A program made the position numbers and the translations under genes. Positions 26,094 to 39,126 of a stretch of 64,000 nt of DNA are shown one piece after another (the stretch's first letter is position 1; the number at the start of each line of letters is the position of its first letter). Source of the DNA: Rhizophagus irregularis (taxonomy: Eukaryota); NCBI RefSeq assembly GCF_026210795.1, contig NC_089432.1, forward strand, positions 744,001-808,000. Reading direction: 5' to 3'. Under the pieces are notes generated by a model. The model worked only from the letters and a program-made list of their open reading frames with translations. It was not told the DNA's origin and searched no databases.

Positions 26094-29000
26094 ATGGACC
26101 AATGTATTGGTAAAGGTAAAGTATATAACATGAATAATAATATAAATTAGAATTATTCAAAATTATTAAACCAAATTTGCAATATAACAAAACTAGTTTC
26201 TAGTAATATTGAAGAATTTGAGGAAAGTGGTACTGAAGAATTTGAAGGAAGTGGCACTGAAGAATTTGAAAGTAGTAGTATTGATGAATTTGAAGGAAGT
26301 TACACCAAGGAATCTGAAGGTATATCAAACAAACTGAAATTTAAGTTTTTATTTATAAACAATTCAAATACTACAAATATAATTTAGACTAACTATATTA
26401 TATAAAAATTATATTAAATATTTAGCTCGTAAGTTAATATAATTGAATAATAATGAATTACTCATTATTTTATTGTATTCCACATAACTAAATAATTTAT
26501 TCGATGATTAATGATGATGTAGTTAGTAAGTTATCAGTTATTTAAATCTTTAGTCCTTTACTTTATTTATTCTACATATATAACATTCAAATAACTAAAT
26601 TCTTTGCTTAAATAACTATTTAATAATTAATTATATTATTACAGTTGGTAAGTTACAACATATATATTATATTTATTTGTTTAATATTTTACATAATTCA
26701 ACTAATTATATTCTTAATTTAAATAACTAGATTGTAAGTAATATATATAATTTACAGCAAATAATGTTATATTATCTTTATATCCAACTAATTAATAATA
26801 ATTAACAATACTACAGGGTGTAAGTTATATGATATTTATATTTGTATTATTTATAAAATTTAACTAATTCTTTATTTAAAAAATTATTAAATAATATAGG
26901 GGGTAAGTTATTTATTTACTTATAATATTTACATATAATTTAAACTAACTAATTTCTTTATTTAAAAATTATTAGATAATATAGCTCGTAAGTTATTTAT
27001 TTAATTCTATTATTACTTATTGTTATAATATTTTCATATAATTTAAAATAACTAATTTCTTTATTTAATAATATAGCTCGTAAGTTATTTATTTAATTCT
27101 ATTATTACTTATTGTTATAATATTTACATATAGTCTAAACTAACTAATTTCTTTATTTAAAAAATTATTTAATAATATAGTTCGTAAGTTATTTATTTAA
27201 TTCTATTATTACTTATTGTTACAATAATTTAAACTAACTAATTTCTTATTTAAAAAATTATTTAATAATATAGCTCGTAAGTTATTTATTTAATTCTATT
27301 ATTACTTATTGTTATAATATTTACATATAATTTAAACTAACTAATTTCTTTATTTAAATATTATAGGGTGTAAGTTATTCATTTAATTCTATTATTAAAT
27401 AATTTAAACTAACTAATTTCTTTATTTAAAAATATTATTAAATAATATAGTTTGTAAGTTATTTATCTAATTCTATTATTACTTATTGTTATAATATTTA
27501 CATATAATTTAAACTAACTAATTTCTTTATTTAAAAAATTATTTTATAGATGGTAGGTTATTTATTTAATTCTATTACAGTATTACTTATTGTTATAATA
27601 TTTACATATAATTTAAACTAACTAATTTCTTTATTTAAAAAAATTATTAAATAATATAGGGTGTAAGTTATTTATTTAATTCTATTATTACTTATTGTTA
27701 TAATATTTACATATAATTTAAACTAATTATTTAAAATATTATTAAATAATTAAGTGGGGTGTAAGTTATTTATTTAATTCTATTATTACTTATTGTTATA
27801 ATAATTACATATAATTTAAACTAACTAATTTCTTTATTTAAAAAATTATTAAATAATATAGCTTGTAAGTTATTTATTTAATTCTATTATTGCTTATTGT
27901 TATAATAATTACATATAATTTAAACTAACTAATTTCTTTATTTAAAAAATTATTAAATAATATAGCTTGTAAGTTATTTATTTAATTCTATTATTACTTA
28001 TTGTTATAATATTTACATATAATTTAAACTAACTAATTTCTTTATTAAAAAATTATTAAATATTATAGACGGTAAGTTACTTATTTAATTCTATTATTAC
28101 TTAGTTATTGTTATAATATTTACATATAATTTAAACTAACTAATTTAAAAAATTATTTATGATCTAGTTTGTAAGTATCTCTACTGTTACATATTTTATG
28201 TAATATTTATTTGCTAACTGAATTCTTTCATTTAAAAAATATCTGTTACTTTACTAGTTGGTAAGTTGTAAATTGTAGGTTACCATATGTATTTATCTGA
28301 AAAATTAAGACTTATATTAATTAAATTTCTATTTAAATTTTAGAGTAAGTAATGATATATTTTGTGTGAATTATAATACAATCTATAATACAATTTTAAT
28401 TATTTATAGATTTGGAAAAAGTGGAAATGCAATTATAGATGATTTTATTCTTGAAAAAAAATTAAGATGGATTCCTTATAACAAATTTAAAAATGTTGAA
28501 TATCTTACTGAAGGAGGATTTGGTACTATATATAAAGCTATTTGGTTAAAGAATAATAGAGATGGAGATGAAGTAATTCTTAAATGTCACAAGAATTTAA
28601 ATGAAAATTTAAATGAATTTTTAAAAGAAGTATGATAGTATATTATTTTCTATTTTTAATTTGAATTAAAATTTATCTATATTAATAAATTATTATTATT
28701 ATTTATAGTGGGAATATCATACAAGTGTTTTAACTTCAAGAGAAATTATAAATGTTTATGGATTCACAAAAGATCCAAATACTTCAAAATATATGGTTGT
28801 AATGGAGTATGCAAATAAAGGTAATTTAAGAGAAAATTTAGCAAGAATAGTCAAAAATAATTGGAATCAAAAATTATATATGTTGTACGAAATTATTTCT
28901 GGACTTAGTGAGATACATGAAAAAAAACTTATTCATTGTGATTTTCATGATGGTAATATTTTAAATCATAATGATGAGAATGAGGATAAAATTTATATTA

Positions 29001-29741
29001 GTGATTTAGGATTATGTCAACCTGTAAAATCATTTTTGAAAGAGCATAATATTTATGGTGTTGTACCATTTATGGCTCCTGAAGTTTTAAGAGGCAAATC
29101 TTATACCCCAGCTAGTGATATATATAGTTTTTCCATGATTATGTGGGAGTTTACATCTGGAATATCACCATTTAATAATAGAGCACATGATATTCAACTT
29201 AGTTTAAGTATTTGTAAAGGTGAACGTCCTGAAATTATTGAAAATACTCCACAATGTTATGTAGATTTAATGAAAAAATGTTGGAATGGAGATCCATTAA
29301 AAAGGCCATCTACTTCAGAAGTGAAAAAAGTTATTTGTAATTGGATTTTCAGTCCTGATTATGATCAAATTGATCAAATTAATGAAGAATTAAAAAACAA
29401 CATTATGGAATTTATAAATGCACCAATTGGGCATAACAATCTTGCTACTAAATCTCATCCTAAAGCATGTTTTACAAGTCGCTTACTTGATTTTACTAGT
29501 AAAAAATTGAATGAAATTCTTGAAAGTGAAGATTCACAAGCATATCATACAAGTCATTCAGATTTGAATGATTGTGTGATTAAAGATTTGAGGTCATTAG
29601 GTATGTACTATGATATATAAAAAAATTAATCTTGCAAATTATTTATATGAAAATTAATTGATCTATTTAATTATTAAAACAGATGAGAATACTAATAAAA
29701 AGTTGAATGAAATTTTTGAAAGTGAAGATTCAAGTTATTAG
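26094..29741 (+). CDS. TKL-type protein kinase with acidic N-terminus and a micro-exon-encoded segment (exons 26094-26115, 26197-26319, 21 micro-exons 26426-28344, 28410-28629, 28709-29600, 29683-29741; alternative last exon 29874-29896)
   Basis: Kinase motifs EGGFG, VILK, MEYAN, HCDFHDGN, SDLG, MAPE, SDIYSF. The predicted splice path is open from ATG 26094 to the stop. The kinase part is secure; the 5' exon structure is inferred. Confidence 0.8.
26320..28409 (+). repeat. Tandem array of ~80-120-bp intron units, each followed by a micro-exon (mostly 3 nt)
   Basis: Unit pattern GTAAGT ... (AA)CTAAC/T branch-like motif ... YAG + NNN, repeated ~21 times with minor variants; the central units are nearly identical. 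Confidence 0.85.
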
Positions 29742-29988
29742 TGTAAAAGTTAGTAAGTGAATAATTATATAATTAAGGATCTGGGTCATTAGGTATGTAC
29801 TATGATGTATAAAAGAATTAATCTTGCAAATTATTTATGTGAAATTAATTTTATTTAATATTTAATTATTTAGATATTAAAGCGGATGAAAATTAACTAA
29901 TGATTGTTTGTTTTTAAAAAATTTAAAGTGACATTTGATATTGCACATTCAAAAAAAATTGTTTTTATTTTATTCTTTTAAATTTCAG

Positions 29989-30190
29989 TTATTTAAACAC
30001 TAAGGCTAGAGTAGTAAAATATTTTACAGGTTTCTTAGTTTGTAATTTAAATAATTCTTTTTTTTTGCTTATGTATTTATTTATATTCACCATTTTTTAT
30101 TATACTTAGAATTATTTAAACACTAGAGTTAGAGTACTAGTAAAATATTTTACAAGATTCTTAGTTTGTAATTTAAATAAATCTTTTTTT
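29989..30190 (+). repeat. Two tandem ~120-bp units downstream of the kinase gene, homologous (inverted) to 63390-63590
   Basis: TTATTTAAACACTA..AGAGTA..GTAAAATATTTTACA..TTCTTAGTTTGTAATTTAAATAA occurs twice at each locus. Confidence 0.7.
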
Positions 30191-30883
30191 TTATAACTTT
30201 TCCAATTACTACTATGGGATATAAATTGAATAAAATAATATAAAACCATTTTCACTGATAATGTAAAACTTTTTATACTTATTCTTGACTTTTATTTTAA
30301 TATTATTTTAAATATTTTGATAAGAAACTACACCAAGGATATCTGCTGGATTATATAATGCATCAGTTACTTATTAAATGAATATATATAATTTATTGCT
30401 TAATAAAAAAAATTCAAATGTACAATAAATTATAATGTTACAAATCACAGTGAACAATTCAAAAAAAATTTTTTTTTTTCATATTTTTTTTAATTAAAAA
30501 TATATAAAAATGTTGTCATGACTTAAAAATAGTTAATCAATTGATAAAAAAGCAAATTAATCATCCGGGATAGCAAATTAATAGGCAGTAAGTAGGGTTG
30601 GATCGGTCCTAGCAAAGACCGGTCCTGTATCAGTCTTGGGACTGGTCTTCCTGGTCTTCCTGGTCTTCATTCAGAGGACGATCCATATGATTATTTGTTT
30701 CAATAAAGATGAGCCAAATTTTTATGCTCACCTATTTCTACTTTAGATTTTGTTTCAGTTTTTTTTTTTTTAACTCGAAATGATTGTATTTATAGCAAAG
30801 TTATATAACCAGACTTTGGAGAACCACAAATTGTACTATACAATGTTTTTTATTACTATAATTGTAAATTTAATTACAATCCT

Positions 30884-31445
30884 ATGGAAAGCCATCCTTG
30901 ACAAAAGGTTGATATCCAGACATCATGTTGGATAATGTCTAGAGCATCATGTCAAATATATGTAGAATAATGTTTGTACATCATGTTACCAAATATAGTA
31001 AATTTTATTTTGTGTAATTCATAAATATACTATATTTGGTAATTTGATCAGCATGATGTCTAGACATCATGTTTGATATATGTAGGATGATGTTTGTACA
31101 TTATTTAACATGATGTGAAAGACATCAACTGACATGATGTCTAGACATCATGCTGATCAAATTACCAAATATAGTATATTTATGAGTTACACAAAATAAA
31201 ATTTACTATATTTGGTAACATGATGTCTAAGACATCATGTCGGTTGATGCTTGAGCATCATGTTGAATGATATACAAACATTATTCTACATATATCAAAC
31301 ATGATGTCTAGACATTATCCAACATGATGTCTGGATATCAACCTTTTGTCAAGGACGGCTTTCCATATAGACATACCATCATGATGTCTAAACATTATAT
31401 TTCATGATGTTTGGACACAACCTTTTGTCAAGGACGGCTTCCCAT
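30884..31445. mobile_element. Foldback-type non-autonomous DNA transposon with long inverted repeats and 8(-9)-bp TSD
   Basis: Ends ATGGAAAGCCATCCTTGACAAAAGGTTG / CAACCTTTTGTCAAGGACGGCTTCCCAT; TSD ACAATCCT at 30876-30883 and 31446-31453; the interior is largely palindromic with CATGATGTCTAGACATCATG sub-repeats. Confidence 0.85.
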
Positions 31446-33468
31446 ACAATCCTGATTCAAATTTCTAATTTAAGTATTTCGCCAACGCACCGTAACCTAA
31501 AATTTATACCCATGGCCTTTTTTCTTTTTCTGCTACATGCTTATCTATCTTTACATAATCTTTTTTACGTTGTTCAGGCACCTCAACTTCAAATATTTCC
31601 TAAAAAAAAGCCATTTTGATAAAGCATTAACATTATATTTATTGAAAAATTGATGCATAGTATATGAAAGAAGTATGGCGAAATATACTGTATCTTATAA
31701 TTACATGTTATCGTTTAGCTTTTTTTAGTTCATATTGAGAGTTATAAAAGTTTTAGTTTTAAAAAAAAATTATATGTAAAAGTTTAAAAAAAGTTTATTA
31801 TATAAAAGTTTAAAGTTTATATAAATGTATAAATAAGTTTATTTTAAGTGATTGTTTTATTTTTTTATTCTACTTACTTAAATTATCGTATGATCATATA
31901 TGGATTATTGTATGTCTGCATAATATGAACCTATGTGGCTAAATGATAATCAATATAATTAAATATTCTATTTTATATTATTAAATTTACTACAACTTAT
32001 GTTAGAGGAAGGAGACAACAAAAAAAATTGCGTCAATTAATTGTTATTTAATTAATAAACAACAAAAAAAAAACTAATTAAAAAAGATTTATTTTTCGGG
32101 TTGAACCAAAAAACAATAAATAAAAAGACAAAAAAATTTTTACTCCAAAATTAAAAAAAAATATGAAAAAACTGATATTTTTTTTTTTGGTATTGAACTA
32201 AAAACTGAAGGATAGCTTCAAATTATGCGATCTGCTGCTGAAATATGATTAAAAGTCAAATTAAACTTTTTATTTCGTTAGCATTATCTACCAGCAAAAA
32301 AAAAAGTATCCGATTAAAATTTCATTAGAAAATCTCTCAGATTGGTTATCAGAACGGATTTACCGACAACATATCACCGACATTCTACAATCCTGACACC
32401 AAGATCCCGATAAACCCAAATCCCTGACAGAAAAATCTTGACAGCCAAAATCCTAATAATTACATTAAAAAAATTCATTTGATTGAGTCTTAGGATTGAT
32501 TCAATCATTTATGATGTCAGAACAAACTGTACATGTGACCAATCAAATTATAATTTATCAGTTTATCAGAATAATTTTTTTTTAGTTATATATTTTAAAT
32601 AGTGAAGAAAGAATAATAACAATTTTAATGGTTTACAGAGATTTTTCATTAAATAGTAATTCTTATTTCTAAATTAATTTTTAATTTGGAAATTACAATA
32701 TGAATCAGTTTTATATATGAAGATTGAACTTTAGGTTATAGTATGGTCTCAAAATAATTTATGTCATCTCTAAATTGAAATACAAAATATAATCCTCTTT
32801 CGGTAAATTTATTTTTTTGGATGAAAATTCAGGATATGAATCAAACTTTCAAACTTTCATCTTAAAAATTCCTTCATTAATCTACATAGAGTACATAGAG
32901 TATCAACATCTTTACTACAATTTGATGAACACATTATTTAATATTTTCTTAATATATTGAAAAGATTTTTAAAAGCCTCAAATCATCAGAATTAACAAAT
33001 CTTTATAATTTCAACCTTTTATGTTAAAAAAGAATATTCTATAGATCCTGTGTTACATCATATACATTACATATGTTCTTTTAACTTATTAAAATGTAGC
33101 AATGTTGTAATTTTGGAATTTTTTTTATTATCTAAAAATATTTTGTAAATAGGTCGATTCAGATATTCACGTAATCGTCGCCAGGAATTATAAACATAAC
33201 CCCCTGTCGCACTAAGTGTCACTCATGATCACCTTCATACTAATTTTTAAAAATTACGAGTGATTAGCAATTTATAAATGACCGAAAATCTTCGTTTAGA
33301 AAAGCGATAAATAATTGTAAAAATAATGTTTTTATTAAAATTATCACGAATCTAATAAGTGAAAATATTATTGGGTTACAATTGTTAATATAATTCACTA
33401 TTTTCCCCTTTTAGGCACAGGATAAATAAAATACTATTAATAAAAAATAATTATCATGTACTTTTTAG

Positions 33469-35824
33469 TTACATTTCGAATAAAAAAATCAATTTTCTTA
33501 ATTTTTTTAATTTAATTTGAGCGTATGTAAATTTTTGTTTAGCAGATTTCTCATACCAATAAATCGCTTGATTTATATCCTTTTCATTTCCCCTTCCGTA
33601 TTCGTACATAAGAGCAAGATTATGTTGAGCATACTTATCTCCCGCATTTGCTGCCTTGTAATATAATTCAAAAGCTTTGTCATAATTTTTTTCAACACTT
33701 GCTCCAATATAATACATATTGCCAAGATTATTTTGAGCATTACTATTTCCTAAATTTGCTGCCTTGTGATATAATTCAAAGGCTTTGTTATAATCTTTAT
33801 AAACTCCTTTTCCTTTATAATACATATTGCCAAGATTATTTTGAGCATCACCATTTCCTAAATTCGCTGCTTGTTGATAAAATTCAACTGCTTTTTGCTT
33901 ATCAACTATAGTTCCAAAACCCTTTCGATAGAAATAACCAATCTTTGATAATCCTGAAGCATAACCCATATTAGCAATTTTTTCGTAACTTATAAAAGCT
34001 AATTTTTCATCTTTTACAGTTCCACGACCAGTTTCATAACACAATCCAGCATAAAATTGTGCTAATATATGACCTTTCCCTGATGCATTAATAAATAAAT
34101 CAAATGCTTTCTTATCATCTTCAATTGTTTCAATCCCTAAATAATTAAAATATCCAAGTAAGAATATAAAATCTAAATTATTTTGATTAGTTAATAATAA
34201 ATAGTAAATTTCTTGTGAATTTATATTATTATCAAAATAATCAAGAATATCTTTATTATTTTTGTCAATCGTTGATTTTTTTCCTTCATTAATTATTTTG
34301 AAAATGTAATTTATTGTATTGTTAACTATTTTATTTAAATTTTTTTCATTTTCATTTGTTAATGATGTAGGTACTATTTCTCTTGTGTTCATTTTATCAA
34401 AATTTTGTATAATTTGAGATATTTCCCCATGTAATGAATTATCAATATTTGATAAAGTATCAATATTAGTTGGATTAAAATTTAGTTCCACTGTTGATGT
34501 TAACATTGTTTGATGATTTTCCATCAATGTGTTTGTTTTTGTCATAGTTGTCTTTAGTCTTTCTACTACTTGATTTATGGTTGGGCGTTTATCTGGCTCA
34601 CCATTCCAACATTCTAAAAAAAGTACATTGTAATAATGAGAGTTTGTTGAAAATTTTATTTTCTAAATAAATATATTACATACCAGTATAAATTTCAACA
34701 TAATCTTTAGGTGTATCGGGAGCGGGTTCTTCTCTAAGACCCTGTGAAATTTCTAAAGCCAAATCAATATCATACTGTTCACTTTTATAATAAAAAGGAG
34801 GTCGGCCACTAGATATCTCCCAGAATAATACACCAACACTATAGATATCACTTTTTTCATTTAACGAAAATACTTGTGTTGAGGCTTGATTTTCTCTTTG
34901 TCCATTAAATCTTTTTGGATCAACGTAAGGAATTATTCCAAAAAGTTTTGATTGTGTGTTGGATGATGATTCAATTCTCTTTGACAACCCAAAGTCGGAT
35001 AATTTGATAATATTTCGATGAACCAATACATTACCCGAGTGCTATAAATGCGTTATGATATTAAAAAATATGGAAAAAAAAATTTTACAATAATACTAAC
35101 AATACTTTTATAGTTAATAAAATAAATTACCAAATCACGATGCACTATTCCTTCATTATGTAAACATGACACGGCACAGGCTAATTGGTATGCAAAGTTA
35201 TATTTATCGTTCCATGTAAGATTATTGAAGTTTTCCTTTAAATAATCTTTAAGAGGACCAGAATCAGCATACTCCATCACTAGTAGCAAATAATTATTTG
35301 ATTGAGAATTTTGGTTTTCTAATTATAAATAATAAAATAAAAAGAAATAATCATTTTTTTTTATTAAAATATATTTTAAAAATCACATATTAAACATACA
35401 AAAATATTAATAAATTTACTATACCTGGATCAAATTTTGCAATTCCATAGAATTTAATAATGTTATTATGTAATTGTATATCACGTTGAAGTTTAAGCTA
35501 GAATATCAATATTATAAATACTATAAACTTTAAATGAACAAAATTTCATATTATGAATATTAAAATGTTTATTATGATGATTATCTCATAATTTCATACC
35601 TCATGAACGATTTCTTTTGCAATGACGTCATCGACGTCATCAAGATTAAAAAAAGATTTCAACGCAAAATATTGAGAATTTTTCCAACTCGCACGATAAA
35701 CTTTTCCGAATCCTCCAGTTCCAACTTTTTGGATATTACTAAAATGTTTTTGTTCATAAAGTCTATAATATTCTCTAGAAATAGCTTCTTCAATCGTATT
35801 CACCCATTTGTTTGTGTTATTCAT
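33469..35824 (-). CDS. TKL kinase (N-terminal) + ~6 Sel1 repeats (C-terminal); exons 35824-35600, 35497-35425, 35318-35131, 35041-34684, 34613-33469
   Basis: GTGGFGKV, ALK, MEYAD, HRDL|HSGNVL, SDFG, YVDP, SDIYSVG, E|CW across GT-AG introns; Sel1 repeats AQNNLGNMYYKGKGV. Confidence 0.9.
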
Positions 35825-38800
35825 TTTGATATTACTAGTAATCGTTAGTAAAAAAAAAATTCAATGAAAATTCTATTTGTGGACTTAAATAGTTTGGTAA
35901 TGTTATACAAACACAATAGTAGCACAATCAAAGCCACCGTGTGTAACATTATTCGTAATCTTCTATATATTTAAATTTTAAAATCGTTGCAGTCACGTGG
36001 TGTCATGTTTAGACCACCCGGTAAATTATTATGAGGAGCTAACGTAACACTGATTATCAAGCTGGAACTTGTGATACAATATAGTGATAACTACAGTATA
36101 TGATGATCAACGAGTTAAAAGTTTAATAGACAAATAATGCTTAGTTTCAATATTGGATTTATAATAAAAATACTTGTCGTTAAAATCCCGAATATTATCT
36201 GCATAATTATATAGCGTACGTACGATCTTTTTTTGTATAAGATATTTATAATTTTTTAGGATATAAACAAGAAAAGAAATAATCCTGTTGTATAAACCTA
36301 TTATATGATCCACCAGTGTATCTTGGCAAATAGAGATAAATTCTTTTAGGATAATTCATCTGGGAACTTGTGATTCAGAGCTGAATTTTTAACATGTAAA
36401 GAATGTTAAATCAAGCTGTACCAAAGATAAATATTGGATTTAACTATTTTACGCTGGTCAGTTCAATCCATATAAAGTAATTTGACGTATTCAAAACTTA
36501 ATAAATAAATAAGTCTATGCATGAATAATCGAAATAATTAAAATATAACATCATTAATATAATGTACTGACTGTATTAATGAAGAGTTGTGTAACAGCAG
36601 AAAATTATCAAAAGCCTTCACCTAAAGATATCTTCATTTATTGTTTTAATAATGAATAAAATCGAGGTCTAAAAAATTATTTGATATAAGAAATTACAAA
36701 AGTAATTGTTGATATTTTTGGTGTTGTATATTTTAAAATTTCGTAATAAAAAAAAAAATTTAATCGATCACTAACTATAATAATAGGCGGACATGTTTAT
36801 AAGATATTTATAAGTTAATGAATAAATTTTTATTTTTTTATATATAGAGCAACTTTAGGTATTAAAAACACATTCATATAATTTTAAAATATTACTAGAT
36901 AATTCACCGATCTTTTATTCTAAAATAGAAAGGAATATTAGTCCTTAATTCTGTTCTATCTAAAAAAATTATTTGTAACCTTTATATTATTTTATTTTTA
37001 AAGCTCATCGAAAGTGTTCCTCTTAATGTTTTTCTCGATAAGAAATTAAAAAGATGCGAAAAACATCACCCTAGTGATATACGGTGAAATTTAATAAATA
37101 AATTTTCTATAAAAAAAAGATCTCTAACAAAATTCTTTATTAAAAAAAATAAACTTCAAGCTTAATACTCACATTACTGCATTAAAAAAAATTATTTTCT
37201 AGACTTCTAAATGAAATTCTCCATTAAAAAAAGACCCACCTATAAAAAACATTTCAACCAACAAATTTATAAAAAACTCCTAAAAAAATTTTTACTAAAA
37301 AAAATTAACTACTCATATAAATAATTTTGAATTGCGTGAAACGTGATTCATTCGTTTAGAAATTTGGATCGGCAGATACTATTTTTTTTAGACAATTAAC
37401 TTTATTAGTATTAGTGTTACTGGAAACTAAAAAAAAATCTTACTAGAAAACAATTATTAACTTAATAAGTAATAAATTACTCCAAACAAATTATATACAT
37501 ATTCATATTTGATGATGAAATGATTATTGATTATTCGATGTTTGTAAAATGATAAAGAAATGATTTTAAACCTTTTGTTAGAAAAAAATTAGCTTTAAGT
37601 GTGTATGAATTTTACGAAAAATAAAATAAATAAATATACTAAAGAGTTTTCATACATTTTAATATTTGTAAAACTACTTTTTTGCTAAATATATATTATA
37701 TACACAACATGTTTATATCATCAACTATACTATCTAAACATTCACTTCCCAGAATTTCATATGTTGTTACATTCATTTTGTGCATTTATAAATTTCATAT
37801 TATATATGTGAAATTGTGAAAATTTTTTGGTTGATTATTAGTAATTCTCCTAAAGGATTTAATAAAAAATTATCGGGCTGTTCTTTCCTTTTGTAGGTAA
37901 TCCCGGCGAGAATTTTTACCATTTTAGAAACTGGCCGAGATTATTATAATTCCAGCAAATAGTAATAATTTACCCCTGTATATATATTTTGAGTCATAAC
38001 TTAATGTCAAAATACAAAATCATTCATCACAAGTATTCGCACAATACATTTATACTTTGTATACATCTATTCTATAGACTTCCAATTCTGGCTGTATGAT
38101 ATTTATACCTTGACGAAAATGTTAAAGTGACAAGTTATATTTAAATAATCTTATAAAAAATAGTTAGGTAAATAATATTAATTAAACAAAATTTTATATG
38201 AATCAAATTCTGTCAGACCTCCAAAATATTAAATTCAAATTTTACAGTTTAAGACCATTGAATAAAAAATCTAGTTTTGTTCTTTGTCAATTTCTTATTA
38301 ATTATTTATTAAAGTTTAACAAAGATTTTAATTGGTTCATAAACAAATCAATAAATGTCTTAAGTTTGTGATTGACAATCAAGAATAGTTTGATGGCTAA
38401 GTCAAATAACATCATTTTAGTTAACAAAATCTCATCAAAAAAGTAGTATTATCAAGATAATTGAACTGAAATTCCTTGTGGCAATAGTAATAAGCACTTG
38501 AAATTATTTTTTTTAATTCTAAAGTCCAATAAGTCTATACTTCACATTAAAAAATTATTCATCTCATTGAACTCACACTAGTCACGTTTCAAAATTTCAA
38601 TACTTCCTAAATTCCTCCTCATACCACAGCTTTCATTTAGTAAAATAGCTTCCTGCAAATGCTGTTGAATCACAATCAACTATGTTCATTCCAAAATTGT
38701 GAAATTTGGAATATATATGAAATATGAATCAATATTTGCTATAAAAATGTATATTTCCTTCCTTTTTCTTTGATATTCAACTAAGCCTACTAGCCAACTA

Positions 38801-39126
38801 AATTTATTAGATCATAGAAGTAATAATCTAAGTTGTTCAGAAAGACCAGTATTAATGATACTTACGATAATGATTCAGTAATTTAGTTGCACTACAATTT
38901 ATAAGAAATAATGATTTTAATATTAATAATACCAGTAAAATTTTAAATTATGGATTTGGGTATTAAACTTAAATTTTCAAAAAAAATTGCAAATGAAAAT
39001 AAACATTGTTTCAATAATTTACACAATAATGCTTTTTTACTTTATTGTAAATGCTGTAATAGAGTACATGGTAAAAATGTTTCTATATAATAACTGATAA
39101 ATGAAGAATGAATAAAAAAATTTATA

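Noticed and set aside
26320..28409. CRISPR-like or plain satellite interpretation of the array
   Set aside because: Eukaryotic context, no spacer-length unique sequence and no cas genes; conserved splice signals and the frame fit explain it better.
30592..30670. TAGGGTTGGATCGGTCC... possible MITE terminus
   Set aside because: No partner inverted repeat found.
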